A stretch of DNA of 64,000 bases, taken from an uncultured Candidatus Saccharibacteria bacterium. Lineage in GTDB: Bacteria > Patescibacteriota > Minisyncoccia > Phycocordibacterales > JACOZG01. The position numbers and the translations under genes were made by a program. Below, in pieces: positions 29,142-39,002 of this stretch (the first letter of the stretch is position 1; each line of letters opens with the position of its first letter). The DNA lies in assembly GCA_964651115.1 (NCBI GenBank), contig CAZYXJ010000001.1:106509-170508 (forward strand). Direction: 5' to 3'. The notes beneath the pieces are model-generated. The model was not told the origin of the DNA. It saw only the letters and a list, made by a program, of their open reading frames with translations, and made no database searches.

Positions 29142-30671
29142 ATGAATCAAACCAAAAAACCGGTTGCTTTAATCATTCTCGACGGCTGGGGTTATCGCGA
29201 AGAAACTAAGGATAACGCCATCGCCGCAGCCCAAAAGCCGAACTTTGACCGCCTCTGGCAAACCTACCCTCACACTTTACTTAAAGCGAGCGGCAACGCC
29301 GTTGGCCTACCCGAAGGCCAAATGGGCAATTCCGAAGTTGGCCACATGACCATTGGCGCGGGCACGCCCATCGATACCGATCTCGTCCGGATCGACAAAG
29401 CAATCTCTGACGGCAGCTTTGAACAAAATCCTGCCTTCTTGAACTTATTTGACCACGTGAAAAAAAATAATTCGACGCTTCACGTCCAAGGTCTTGTCTC
29501 CCCCGGCGGCGTCCACAGTCATCAGAAACACCTCTTTGCCTTCTTGCGGCTAGCCAAAAAAATGAACGTGCCCCGAGTCGCTATCCACGTCTTTACTGAT
29601 GGCCGCGACACCGCACCCCAAAGCGCTTCGGCCTACCTCAAAGAACTAGAAACTTTAATCGCGGAACTTGGGCCAAACTTTTTCATCGCCACCATCTCGG
29701 GCCGCTATTTCGCGATGGACCGCGACAACAATTGGGACCGCTTAGCCAAAGTGGAGCAGGCGCTCTTTAAATGCGAGGGCAATGTTTGCCAAATTAACCC
29801 CTCACAATATCTCGAGGAGCAATATCGCGCTGGCAAAAATGATGAGTTGCTCGAGCCAACCGTCTGCGCTACGCCCGCGGGGCAAGGTTGTGCCATCAAG
29901 CCGGGCGACGCCGTCTTCTTCTTCAACTTCCGCGCCGATCGCGCTCGCATGCTCTCAGAGAAAATGCTCAATCTCCCCCAGGACCAACAAATTTTATTTA
30001 TCACTCTCACCGAATATTGCGTCGACTTTAAATGCGTGATGGCCTTCCCTCCCAAGCCTGTCGCCACCACGCTCGCGGCCGAGATCGCTCGCGCCGGCCT
30101 AACTCAAGCCCACATTGCCGAAACCGAAAAGTTTGCCCACGCGACCTACTTCTTAAATGGCGGCGTGGAAACGGCCTACCCCGGCGAGACCGACATTATG
30201 CTCCCCAGCCACAAAGACGTGGCCACTCACGATCAAGCCCCCAAGATGCAGGCGGCCGGAATTGCCGCCAAAGCCGTCGAACAGATTGCCGCCGGAGTCG
30301 ATTTTATTTTCATTAACTTTGCTAATGCTGATATGGTCGGACACACCGCCAACGTCCCCGCCATTATCACTTCCGTAGAAGCTGCCGACCGCGCGCTAGG
30401 CGAAGTTGTCGCCGCCCTCGAGAAAGTTGGTGGGACGGCCATCATCACCGCCGATCACGGCAATGCCGAGGTAAATATTGACCCGGTGACGGGCGCCAAA
30501 CACACCGCTCACACCACTAATCCCGTGCCCTGCATTGTGACTGATCACGGGGCCACCCTCCGCGCCGATGATCCGGCCGCGCCGCTCGGTCTAGCCGACC
30601 TCGCGCCCACCGTTCTTAAAATTTTAGATTTGCCAATCCCCCCAGCGATGACGGGACAGCCGCTAATTTAA
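29142..30671 (+). CDS. gpmI: 2,3-bisphosphoglycerate-independent phosphoglycerate mutase
   Basis: LIILDGWG, GQMGNSEVGH, DGRDT, GRYFAMDRD, AETEK, NADMVGH, TADHGNAE. Confidence 0.98.
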   Translation: MNQTKKPVALIILDGWGYREETKDNAIAAAQKPNFDRLWQTYPHTLLKASGNAVGLPEGQMGNSEVGHMTIGAGTPIDTDLVRIDKAISDGSFEQNPAFLNLFDHVKKNNSTLHVQGLVSPGGVHSHQKHLFAFLRLAKKMNVPRVAIHVFTDGRDTAPQSASAYLKELETLIAELGPNFFIATISGRYFAMDRDNNWDRLAKVEQALFKCEGNVCQINPSQYLEEQYRAGKNDELLEPTVCATPAGQGCAIKPGDAVFFFNFRADRARMLSEKMLNLPQDQQILFITLTEYCVDFKCVMAFPPKPVATTLAAEIARAGLTQAHIAETEKFAHATYFLNGGVETAYPGETDIMLPSHKDVATHDQAPKMQAAGIAAKAVEQIAAGVDFIFINFANADMVGHTANVPAIITSVEAADRALGEVVAALEKVGGTAIITADHGNAEVNIDPVTGAKHTAHTTNPVPCIVTDHGATLRADDPAAPLGLADLAPTVLKILDLPIPPAMTGQPLI

Positions 30672-31441
30672 ACCAACCACCAGCCAGCTAGAAGCAGCGC
30701 CAAGATTAAACGATACCAACCAAAGTTTTCAAAGTTGTGCTGCTCCACATAACGGAGCAGCCACTTAATAACCAAACCAGCCACCACAAAAGCCACCACA
30801 AAGCCGACGGCCAGCGCTCGCCACTCTTCGGGCGCAAAGTCCACCGGCACTTTTAACAAATCTAAGCCCGTGGCCGCGGCCATCGTCGGTAGAGCTAAAA
30901 GAAAAGAAAACTCGACGATGGCCGGACGCGATAATCCCAGCACCAGACCACCCACCACTGTGGCCGCGGCGCGCGACACCCCTGGGACAATCGCCACCGA
31001 TTGCGCCAGGCCAATCAGCACGGCTTGGCGGTAAGAGAGCGTCGCCAGTTCCTGAGTTGGGCTTAAGCGCCGGCGATACCAACGCTCAAACATCACCAGG
31101 GCCACACCACCAACTCCCAAGGCCACAATCACCGTCGTCAGATCTTGGAACAAAAATTGTTTGATCAGAGAATAAAAAACCAAACCAATAATCGCCGTCG
31201 GCACAAAAGCCACCGCCACCTTACCTAACAGAGCGCGCGAACGCCACCAACGCCCTCGATACCACCAAACCACTGCCAAGATTGCGCCCAACTGAATGGC
31301 GACGTAAAAACTCGACAGAAAATCACCTGGCGCCAACCCCAAAATTTCGCCGGCAACAATTAAATGTCCCGTCGAAGAGATGGGCAAAAATTCGGTTAGC
31401 CCCTCGACCACTCCCAAGATCAACGCCTGGACGAGAGTCAT
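30668..31441 (-). CDS. uppP: Undecaprenyl-diphosphate phosphatase
   Basis: VEGLTEFLPISSTGH, PGVSR, EFSFLL. Confidence 0.96.
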   Translation of the reverse strand: MTLVQALILGVVEGLTEFLPISSTGHLIVAGEILGLAPGDFLSSFYVAIQLGAILAVVWWYRGRWWRSRALLGKVAVAFVPTAIIGLVFYSLIKQFLFQDLTTVIVALGVGGVALVMFERWYRRRLSPTQELATLSYRQAVLIGLAQSVAIVPGVSRAAATVVGGLVLGLSRPAIVEFSFLLALPTMAAATGLDLLKVPVDFAPEEWRALAVGFVVAFVVAGLVIKWLLRYVEQHNFENFGWYRLILALLLAGWWLV

Positions 31442-31446
31442 AAGAC

Positions 31447-31728
31447 TTAGGCCTGATCTTCTTTATAGTGACGATCCAACCAGCGAGCTAGATAGACGCC
31501 AAAAAACACAACAATCGCCGTGATTAAGGCCGCATACCAAAACTTCGCCATAACGCCATCTCGACCACCGAGCGGCAACCAATAATCAATCAAGGCTCTA
31601 ATGGCCTCGTTCCAAGCCAGACCAGCCACCAAACCCAGACCGCCAGTTATATAGCCCAGCGTTCGCAAGCGCAACTCTCGGCGCAAGGTCTGACTCTCTT
31701 GTTTTATTTTTTCGAGCGGAAACATCAT
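31447..31728 (-). CDS. Small two-TM protein (DUF5654-like)
   Basis: 'GLGLVAGLAWNEAI...YA...T' pattern. Confidence 0.65.
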   Translation of the reverse strand: MMFPLEKIKQESQTLRRELRLRTLGYITGGLGLVAGLAWNEAIRALIDYWLPLGGRDGVMAKFWYAALITAIVVFFGVYLARWLDRHYKEDQA

Positions 31729-31733
31729 TAAGA

Positions 31734-31955
31734 TTAATGTGGCTGGACTAAAACAATTTTGTGAGGACTGCGTGAACCAGTCACAATCCTTAGTTGTTTG
31801 GGAGGCACCCCCAGATGCCGCCCCAAAAGAGACAACGTCCGTTGATTAGCCAAATTGCCGAGGGGTTTATCCCTAACGGCAATTTGAAAACGATTGCCCA
31901 CGCGTCGCAAACTCTCACGACGTGAATCTGGAGTGACGTGGACGCGGACGAACAT
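31734..31955 (-). CDS. DUF167 / YggU family protein
   Basis: V.V.P.S, P..N.AN, IVTG..S..K. Confidence 0.8.
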   Translation of the reverse strand: MFVRVHVTPDSRRESLRRVGNRFQIAVRDKPLGNLANQRTLSLLGRHLGVPPKQLRIVTGSRSPHKIVLVQPH

Positions 31956-31959
31956 GAGT

Positions 31960-32493
31960 TTAATTAACGTCGAAGACGGCGGCCACTACTCGACCGTTAG
32001 TCTCTAGCAGACGATCTAATTTGTGGTTAAAAACGCGATCGCCATCATCTCGATAAAGAACAGCGGCATAAGTGCGTCCAGCTTGCGTCCCGCGCAAAAG
32101 TTCGACAGTCGCTAAACTACTAGCACCGGCATCAACTCGCTTGGCCCCGAGAATATTACCAAAACCCCCAGCCGACCAGTCGCGAATCGCCACCCAGCTA
32201 ACGGCATCCGCCTTAACTTCGTCAACAATCACTCGCGTTCCGGCTGCCTGGTTAGTTACTTCCACCAAAACGTCCGTGGCGGCTGAAGTTTCTTCATCCT
32301 GCATGACCGGCACACTGTCGCCACCCAAAATACCACCCGCCGTAGTAGTGGCCTTATTTTCGAGCAAGGTTCCAACCTTAACACCAGTAGCCGAAGACTT
32401 GCCTCCATAAGTATAGGCCCCCAAAGCAAAACCAATTATTAATCCTATAACTAAAGTTACAATCGTCCCCGTCGTAATTATTGACTTATCCAT
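31960..32493 (-). CDS. Membrane-anchored hypothetical protein
   Basis: N-terminal TM; 'WVAI...GNILGA...Y.AVLY.DDGD..F' domain. Confidence 0.6.
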   Translation of the reverse strand: MDKSIITTGTIVTLVIGLIIGFALGAYTYGGKSSATGVKVGTLLENKATTTAGGILGGDSVPVMQDEETSAATDVLVEVTNQAAGTRVIVDEVKADAVSWVAIRDWSAGGFGNILGAKRVDAGASSLATVELLRGTQAGRTYAAVLYRDDGDRVFNHKLDRLLETNGRVVAAVFDVN

Positions 32494-32544
32494 AGCGATT
32501 ATCCGTAATTAACCTGGCCTTTATAATGATTGGAGTATAACATA

Positions 32545-32578
32545 CTTCATCTAACCTTCACCTAATCCGACGTATACT
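32545..32578 (+). promoter_or_regulatory. 11-bp tandem repeat (OmpR/PhoB-type box) plus -10 element
   Basis: CTTCATCTAAC CTTCACCTAAT followed by TATACT at 32573-32578, upstream of an OmpR-family gene. Confidence 0.6.
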
Positions 32579-32593
32579 TTAATCATAAAACTC

Positions 32594-33274
32594 ATGAAAG
32601 TATTGATTGTCGAGGATGATCGGGTCCTAGCCGAAGCCATTGCCTTTGGGCTCAACAAAGACGGCATGGAAACGACCCTAGAACACGATGGCGCAAAAGC
32701 CGTTGAGCATCCGCTGGCCGCCACGGCCGATCTTATAATTTTAGATCTCGGCTTGCCGACCCTGCCTGGATTAGAGGTCTGTCAACGCTGGCGAGCCCAA
32801 GGAATCACCACCCCCATCATCGTTCTAACGGCTAAAGATCAGTTGGACGACAAGGTAGCGGCCCTTAACGGCGGAGCAGATGATTATCTCACCAAACCCT
32901 TTTCTCTCGACGAATTGCGCGCTCGCCTCCAAGCCCTGACCCGTCGGGCGCGCAGTCTCTTGCCCGCCCGGCTAACTGCCGGACCACTCGTCCTTGATAC
33001 CGAAAAACGAACTCTCGAAGCGGATGGCCAACCAGTGCCCCTAACTCTAAAAGAATTCGCCATTGTGGAATATTTGATGCGTCACCCCCAATCAGTATTA
33101 ACTCGCGAGCAAATCCTTGATCATGTTTGGAATTATGACTTCGACTCGTTTAGTAATATCGTTGACGTCCACCTAAACAACATTCGAAAAAAAATCTCGG
33201 CCGTCACCTCAACTCCCATCCACTTAGAAACTGTTCGCGGAGTTGGTTACCGCATTAATACCAATCAACCATGA
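32594..33274 (+). CDS. OmpR/PhoB-family response regulator
   Basis: VEDD, ILDLGLP, LTA, GADDYLTKPF, ETVRGVGY. Confidence 0.95.
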   Translation: MKVLIVEDDRVLAEAIAFGLNKDGMETTLEHDGAKAVEHPLAATADLIILDLGLPTLPGLEVCQRWRAQGITTPIIVLTAKDQLDDKVAALNGGADDYLTKPFSLDELRARLQALTRRARSLLPARLTAGPLVLDTEKRTLEADGQPVPLTLKEFAIVEYLMRHPQSVLTREQILDHVWNYDFDSFSNIVDVHLNNIRKKISAVTSTPIHLETVRGVGYRINTNQP

Positions 33275-33471
33275 ACAACTACAATTTTATTCAAAAAGTG
33301 GAACATGATTTGCGCAACCACGTTGCCGTCATTAAACTGGCACTAGAAGCCCTCGCTAGCGGACCACTCTCGGCCGATCAAAAACGCTCCCGAGACGAAG
33401 CAGAATCTGCCCTCCAACGCTTAACCACTCAATTACACGACCTGCGGCTTGAGGCCGAAGCTAACCAATAA
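33271..33471 (+). CDS. Stand-alone HisKA/DHp-like mini-protein
   Basis: H-box-like HDLRNHVAVI followed by a helical hairpin; no ATPase domain; start overlaps the upstream stop. Confidence 0.6.
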   Translation: MNNYNFIQKVEHDLRNHVAVIKLALEALASGPLSADQKRSRDEAESALQRLTTQLHDLRLEAEANQ

Positions 33472-33477
33472 CTGACC

Positions 33478-34170
33478 ATGAGAATTTTAGTCGCCGAAGA
33501 CGATAAAACTTTAGCCAACATTCTCAAAAAAACCCTAGAGAAGGAGGGTTATGCGGTGGACCTCTTGAGCGAAGGAGAAACGATTGAACGACGCCTAGAG
33601 ATCTCTCATGCGGATTACGATATTGTGATCTTGGATTTGGGTCTGCCGGGCCGAGACGGCTTAAGCATCTGTCGTGACACACGCGCTCACGGGATCAAAC
33701 TCCCCATCTTGGTTCTTTCGGCTCGTTCAGAACCAGAAATTAAAATTGCAGCCCTCGAAGCCGGCGCCGACGATTATCTCACTAAGCCTTTTGCCATCCA
33801 AGAACTTTTGGCGCGATTGCGCGCACTCCTGCGACGGCCAGCACCAGTCCAAATTGACGAGTTAACGGTCGGTGATCTCAAGCTTAATCGTCTCACTCGC
33901 ATCATTACTAGACAAAATCACCCCATTACCCTCACCGTCAAAGAATTTACGTTACTGGAATATCTAATGCGCCACCCCAACCAAATAATTAGTCGCCACC
34001 AGATCATTGATGAGCTCTGGGGTTACGACTTTGTTTCTGGTAGCAACATCGTTGACGTTCATATTAAAAATTTGCGCAAGAAAATTAGTTCCGGAAAACA
34101 AAAAGTACTAGAAACCGTGCGCGGCTTGGGTTATCGGCTCCTCGACCGAACTGGGCCGTTAAAAGAATAA
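33478..34170 (+). CDS. OmpR/PhoB-family response regulator (second)
   Basis: AEDD, ILDLGLP, LSA, GADDYLTKPF, ETVRGLGY. Confidence 0.95.
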   Translation: MRILVAEDDKTLANILKKTLEKEGYAVDLLSEGETIERRLEISHADYDIVILDLGLPGRDGLSICRDTRAHGIKLPILVLSARSEPEIKIAALEAGADDYLTKPFAIQELLARLRALLRRPAPVQIDELTVGDLKLNRLTRIITRQNHPITLTVKEFTLLEYLMRHPNQIISRHQIIDELWGYDFVSGSNIVDVHIKNLRKKISSGKQKVLETVRGLGYRLLDRTGPLKE

Positions 34171-34218
34171 GGCCGAGTTCACTTGACTTTCATTACCAGA
34201 CAGTAGAATCTTACCAAC

Positions 34219-34467
34219 ATGAAACCGAACAATATCCACAAACGAGGCTTTGCCTCAATGAGCGCCGAGCGACAGCGCGCCATCGCCGCTAAGGGTGGCA
34301 AAGCCGCTCATGCCAAAGGCACCGCTCACCAATTTTCCGCCGAAGAAGCTCGTAAAGCCGGAAAAAAGGGGGGCGAAGCTGTCAGTCGAGACCGCGTGCA
34401 CATGGCCGCCATCGGTCGGGTGGGTGGAAAAAAGAGTCGTCGCGGCAAAACCCGTCCCAAAATTTAA
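34219..34467 (+). CDS. KGG-repeat general stress protein (YciG/GsiB-like)
   Basis: RGFASM...IAAKGG...EARKAGKKGG...IGRVGG. Confidence 0.85.
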   Translation: MKPNNIHKRGFASMSAERQRAIAAKGGKAAHAKGTAHQFSAEEARKAGKKGGEAVSRDRVHMAAIGRVGGKKSRRGKTRPKI

Positions 34468-34486
34468 AAACTTCCACTTGGACCAT

Positions 34487-34520
34487 AAAAAAACCAGCTT
34501 CTAGCCGAAGCTGGTTTTTT
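34487..34520. terminator. Bidirectional terminator between convergent KGG genes
   Basis: A7-CCAGCTTC-TAGCC-GAAGCTGG-T6. Confidence 0.85.
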
Positions 34521-34525
34521 GAGTC

Positions 34526-34738
34526 CTACATGGACTCCTCGCTGTCGTCACTCATCCCGGCCGAGCTAGAGCGGCGACCAGCTTGGCCGCCCTTGCGACC
34601 AGCCTCTCGCGCCTCATCTGGAGTGAACTCATGAGCGGTCCCCCGCTCATGGGCGGCTTTGCCGCCGCGCGAGGCCACCTCGCGCCGTCGCTCCGGATCC
34701 ATTCCCGCAAACCCTCTCCGATTTTCGTTTTCTGCCAT
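34526..34738 (-). CDS. KGG-repeat general stress protein
   Basis: RGFAGMDPERRREVASRGG...EAREAGRKGG. Confidence 0.85.
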   Translation of the reverse strand: MAENENRRGFAGMDPERRREVASRGGKAAHERGTAHEFTPDEAREAGRKGGQAGRRSSSAGMSDDSEESM

Positions 34739-34820
34739 AGAGTTGTGGTAAGTGGTTATTACGGCTGATAAAATTCGACCTCTCTGGTGAGTATCTCAAC
34801 GCTGTGTTAAATTTCCGTTA

Positions 34821-35837
34821 ATGCCCGAAGATTATGACTACGCCTTACCGCCAGAATTAATCGCCACCACCCCCAGTCAACCACGCGACCAAGCCCGCTT
34901 GCTAATTTATGACCGCCAACAAAATAAAATTAGCTTTGACCGCTTTGCTCAACTGGAAAACTATCTGCCGGCTGGTAGTGAATTGGTTTTTAACGAAACA
35001 AAAGTCCTACCAGCCCGACTCACCGTCCACAAAACCACGGGCGGGCGCGTCGAGCTCTTGCGCCTCACTCCGCCTCGAGCCGACATCTGGGTCCTCGCCG
35101 ATCGCCGCCTGGCCATTGACGAAAAGCTCTACCACCAAGGCCAATCTCTGCTCCGAGTAGCCGAGCGAGAAAACGAACGTTACCGCTTAGATCCCCTAGT
35201 TAAGCCAGAAACCCTCGAACAAATTTTTGAAACTCACGGCCAGACACCTCTACCTCCCTATCTCAAACATTCTCCCCTGTCGGAAACAGCGAGACGTCAA
35301 GAATATCAAAGCGTCTTAGCCAAAGTCCCCGGCTCAGTCGCTGCGCCCACCGCCTCACTCCACTTTACGCCCGAACTATTGAGCCGCCTAACCAAAGCTG
35401 GCCACGCGCTAAACAAACTGACTCTTCACGTTGGTCTAGGCACCTTCGCGCCCCTCCGCGCCGAGCAACTAGCCAGCGGCAAATTACATACTGAACACTA
35501 TCACCTCTCCTCAGCCACCGCCGATCACTTAACTGCCGCCCATCGCGCCCAGCGACCGATTATCGCCGTGGGCACCACCGTAGCGCGCGCCCTAGAATCC
35601 GCTTGGGAAAACAACGCCCTCTTGGCTGGCGACCGTCAGACCAACATCTTTATTAAACCTCCCTATCAGTGGCACATCGTCACTGGCTTAATCACCAACT
35701 TTCACGTCCCTCGCTCCAGTCTAATGATGCTGGTGGCCTCTCTCGTGGGACGAGAAAAATTACTGGAAATTTATCAACGCGCCATTGACGAAAAAATGCG
35801 TTTTTACTCTTTTGGCGACGGCATGCTGATTATTTAA
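34821..35837 (+). CDS. queA: S-adenosylmethionine:tRNA ribosyltransferase-isomerase
   Basis: YDYALPPELIA, PLPPY, GSVAAPTASLHFT, LHVGLGTF, AVGTT, TNFH.P.S, FYSFGDGM. Confidence 0.97.
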   Translation: MPEDYDYALPPELIATTPSQPRDQARLLIYDRQQNKISFDRFAQLENYLPAGSELVFNETKVLPARLTVHKTTGGRVELLRLTPPRADIWVLADRRLAIDEKLYHQGQSLLRVAERENERYRLDPLVKPETLEQIFETHGQTPLPPYLKHSPLSETARRQEYQSVLAKVPGSVAAPTASLHFTPELLSRLTKAGHALNKLTLHVGLGTFAPLRAEQLASGKLHTEHYHLSSATADHLTAAHRAQRPIIAVGTTVARALESAWENNALLAGDRQTNIFIKPPYQWHIVTGLITNFHVPRSSLMMLVASLVGREKLLEIYQRAIDEKMRFYSFGDGMLII

Positions 35838-35860
35838 AATCTTCATGTTAAAATAAACCC

Positions 35861-36085
35861 ATGACTCATCAGAAAATGCCGGGTGGCGTACGCTACTTCG
35901 CCAACAATCTTAGTATCGTGATCGGTTTAGTTTTGGTTTGGCGGGGCGTCTGGTACGTTTTGGATGCCGTTGATTATGCTTATCTCGCGGGCAATCATCT
36001 CTTAAGCGGCTTAATCGGCATCGCCCTCGGCGTCCTCATTCTCTACCTACCCGACCACGATCTAAAAGAATTACAGAAGCTCTAG
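35861..36085 (+). CDS. Small two-TM membrane protein
   Basis: 'LVWRGVWYVLD' motif; leaderless-type promoter upstream. Confidence 0.65.
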   Translation: MTHQKMPGGVRYFANNLSIVIGLVLVWRGVWYVLDAVDYAYLAGNHLLSGLIGIALGVLILYLPDHDLKELQKL

Positions 36086-36088
36086 AGT

Positions 36089-36958
36089 TTAATCAAAAAG
36101 TTCCACGAGATACTCGTTGATCTCGCGCTGGTCGAGATCGTAAAAGTGCTTACCTTCGCGAACGAGGTCACGCGCAAGATCGCGGCCCACAAAACGCCAG
36201 TGCCACGGTTCGTACTGATAATAAGCGTTGCCCTTAGGATAAGAGAGGGTAAATCCGTAGCGAGCGGCATTTTCTTTTAGCCACGCAAAAGCCGGGGTGG
36301 ACTCAAAACTTACCACCAAAGTGGTCGCAGAATCCGGAGTAGCAAAATCAACGGCGGTGGCTAATTGGTGCTCAGAATAACCCTGGTCAGCCGAAAACTG
36401 ATTGGCGGTACCCGCGCCATAAGTCACACGATAAGCAGTTTTGAGAGCCGCCTGAGTGCCAAAGGAGCGATAAGCCGAAGCCACCCTCAGATCAATTCCG
36501 TTATCGGCGGCCGCCTCCAATAAGTTTTCCAAAAAATCAATCGCTTCACCATGAAATTCTTGCGGCTTTTTCTCGTCATACCAATAGCTCTTATCAATAA
36601 GCGACAACTTTTTAGGAACATAATGCTCGTTTAAGAAGTAGACCTTAGAATATTTTTCCAAAAGCTCCTTGTCGGTTTGACTCAATTTTTCCAGCGTACC
36701 AACGGTGCCCGAAATTTTTCGAATCTGACGCTCAAAATCGTCGTTGCGCTCGATCGCCTCATCCAACTGCTCGGTGGTGGTGGCGAGGCGACCCGACAAC
36801 TTTTCCGTTTCTTCCCGCGCGGCGATTAAAGCGATGGTGGTACTCGCCAAATCGCTCTGGACGATAGTCAAAGAACGCCACTGATAAAAAATAACGCCGC
36901 CAGCGATAACCACTACCCCACCGACGGCCCATGGCCACCACCCCAAAGTTGAGTTCAT
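36089..36958 (-). CDS. M15B D-Ala-D-Ala carboxypeptidase (VanY-like)
   Basis: TM plus coiled coil, then SAYRS, SEHQ...AVD, YEPWHWRFVG. Confidence 0.9.
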   Translation of the reverse strand: MNSTLGWWPWAVGGVVVIAGGVIFYQWRSLTIVQSDLASTTIALIAAREETEKLSGRLATTTEQLDEAIERNDDFERQIRKISGTVGTLEKLSQTDKELLEKYSKVYFLNEHYVPKKLSLIDKSYWYDEKKPQEFHGEAIDFLENLLEAAADNGIDLRVASAYRSFGTQAALKTAYRVTYGAGTANQFSADQGYSEHQLATAVDFATPDSATTLVVSFESTPAFAWLKENAARYGFTLSYPKGNAYYQYEPWHWRFVGRDLARDLVREGKHFYDLDQREINEYLVELFD

Positions 36959-36970
36959 GTCGGGATTGTA

Positions 36971-37603
36971 TCACGAAGACGGACCGGGCGGCAGGGGCCA
37001 ATCCACTAACTCGCCGGCCCGCCGTTCTAGCTTACTGGCGCGGCGCAAGCGCCGTGAGGCGCCGAGCGGCAGGAGCCGCTCGTGAGGCGAAGCATCAAGC
37101 GCCGCCACCAGCTCATCAAGATCATCCTCGGCCGTCACCCACGGCGCCGGCCAGCGCGAAAGATCAAAAGGTCGAGAATATTCCCGCAGCGTCTTTTCTC
37201 CAGTTTCGTTTAAAAAATATTCGTGGAAATATGACAACGCCAACTCTCGCACCGAACGATAAATCGGATCGCGCCAGCGCAAAACCGCGTGATTAGTCTT
37301 GCTAATCGCGCCCCAATATCCGCCTCGACGAAAGAGGGCCACCACGTGATCCTGATCAGCCCCCGCCGTCCGGAGATCCAGTAAAAGCGGCCGCTCCTTA
37401 TTAAACCAGAGCGCGGCGGCGGCCAAGAGCGCGCCCTCTAGGCAATGGGCCTCACCTGCCACCAAGACTTGCCGCGGCGAACGATAAGTAAAACCGAACG
37501 TCTCAAAATTAATCGGCAAGGCCTCCAGAAAATCTTGGATCTTTTCTGGCGTGGAAAGGCGACGAAACACCGCTCGCTCTGCCGCCGTTAACGCTTCTCT
37601 CAT
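36971..37603 (-). CDS. Conserved hypothetical protein, transglutaminase-like fold
   Basis: AHCLEGALLAA and DHVVALF (putative Cys/His). Confidence 0.6.
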   Translation of the reverse strand: MREALTAAERAVFRRLSTPEKIQDFLEALPINFETFGFTYRSPRQVLVAGEAHCLEGALLAAAALWFNKERPLLLDLRTAGADQDHVVALFRRGGYWGAISKTNHAVLRWRDPIYRSVRELALSYFHEYFLNETGEKTLREYSRPFDLSRWPAPWVTAEDDLDELVAALDASPHERLLPLGASRRLRRASKLERRAGELVDWPLPPGPSS

Positions 37604-37637
37604 CACCTGAGTGTAGCATCAATGCTATACTAGCCGT

Positions 37638-38717
37638 ATGGTGAAAAAAATTATAATTTTAGTCTTATCGATCTTAGCTCTAGCCCCCTCGGCTCAAGCC
37701 GCTGAACTGGAAGTCTCGGGCTGGATCCCCTACTGGTCGGCCAGCGGGGGGACGCGCGACGCTCGGCGCAGCCTCTCGGATCTCTCCGAAATCAACCCCT
37801 TCGTCTACAGTCTCCAACCCTCGGGCGAGATCCGCGACCTGGGCAATTTAAGTGCTCGCACCTGGAAAAATCTCTTTACCGCCGCGCGCAAACAAAATGT
37901 GGAAATTGTCCCGACAATCATGAGCTCGAGCGGCTCCGGCGTCCACGCCCTGCTCTCTGATCCCGTCCGCCGTGCCGCTCACGTCCAAGAAATCGCCAGT
38001 CTTGTGCGCCGCCAAAAATTTGACGGCATCGATATTGATTACGAAGGCAAGTTGGGCGCCACGCGACCCTTCTTCTCCCTCTTTCTCCTCGAGCTTAAGG
38101 TGGCACTAGGCGAAAAACTGCTTTCCTGCACCATCGAAGCGCGCACGCCACCCGACTCACTCTACCGCACCCTCCCCACAAACCTAGAATATGCTAACGA
38201 CTTCCCCACCCTGGCGGCCGCCTGTGACCGCGTCAAGATCATGACCTACGACCAACAACGTGCCGACTGGAAGTTAAATACTGCCAACAGCGACGAGCCC
38301 TACATCCCCGTCTCCGATCCCTCCTGGGTCGAAAAAGTGATCCAGCTAACGACCAAAACGATCCCCGCCGAAAAAATCATGCTTGGCATCCCCACCTACG
38401 GCCATGAGTACGAAGTAACAGAGACCCCCGACGGCACTCGACGCTACGTCCGGATGCGCGCCATCAATGCTCCGGCCGCCGAGCGACTAGCCAAGAAAGA
38501 ACGAGCCAAAACTTACCGGGCCGCCTCGGGCGAAATCGCCTTTCGCTACGACGACGTCGTCTTAATCCCGGGAACGGAAACCTACCGCTACGTTACCTGG
38601 AGCGACGGCCAGGCCATTGCTGATAAAATCACGCTCGCCAAAAAATATAATCTCGCCGGCGTCGCCTTCTTTAAAATTGACGGCGACCAAGACGACGATC
38701 TCTGGGATAATTTATAA
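37638..38717 (+). CDS. Secreted glycoside hydrolase family 18
   Basis: Signal peptide, FDGIDIDYE, IMTYD, KIMLGIPTYG, YNLAGVAFF. Confidence 0.9.
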   Translation: MVKKIIILVLSILALAPSAQAAELEVSGWIPYWSASGGTRDARRSLSDLSEINPFVYSLQPSGEIRDLGNLSARTWKNLFTAARKQNVEIVPTIMSSSGSGVHALLSDPVRRAAHVQEIASLVRRQKFDGIDIDYEGKLGATRPFFSLFLLELKVALGEKLLSCTIEARTPPDSLYRTLPTNLEYANDFPTLAAACDRVKIMTYDQQRADWKLNTANSDEPYIPVSDPSWVEKVIQLTTKTIPAEKIMLGIPTYGHEYEVTETPDGTRRYVRMRAINAPAAERLAKKERAKTYRAASGEIAFRYDDVVLIPGTETYRYVTWSDGQAIADKITLAKKYNLAGVAFFKIDGDQDDDLWDNL

Positions 38718-38757
38718 AAAGAAAAAGCGCCCGCTTCTCTGAGAAGAAGTCGGGCAC
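38717..38757 (-). terminator. csrA terminator
   Basis: GTGCCCG..CTTCT-loop-AGAAG-CGGGCGC followed by TTTTTCTTTTT. Confidence 0.7.
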
Positions 38758-38780
38758 CGAGCCACATGTGCGCCACGCGG

Positions 38781-39002
38781 CTATTTCTTTTTTTTGAGGA
38801 TAAGAATATCCTCCGGTTTTACGCTGGCCGCCGCGCGCTTCTCGCGCTTGATGGCCTCATAGACCTCTTTGCGATGGACGGTAATACCGGGGGGAGCATT
38901 AATCCCCAACCGCACCTTGTTGCCGCGGATGTCAATGACGGTGACCTCAATATCATCGCCGACCATGAACGCTTGATTAACCTGCCGCGCAAATACCAAC
39001 AT
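38781..39002 (-). CDS. csrA: Carbon storage regulator CsrA/RsmA
   Basis: MLVFARQVNQAFMVGDDIEVTVIDIRGNKVRLGINAP..ITVHRKEVY; SD AAGGAG 6 nt upstream of ATG 39002. Confidence 0.93.
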   Translation of the reverse strand: MLVFARQVNQAFMVGDDIEVTVIDIRGNKVRLGINAPPGITVHRKEVYEAIKREKRAAASVKPEDILILKKKK

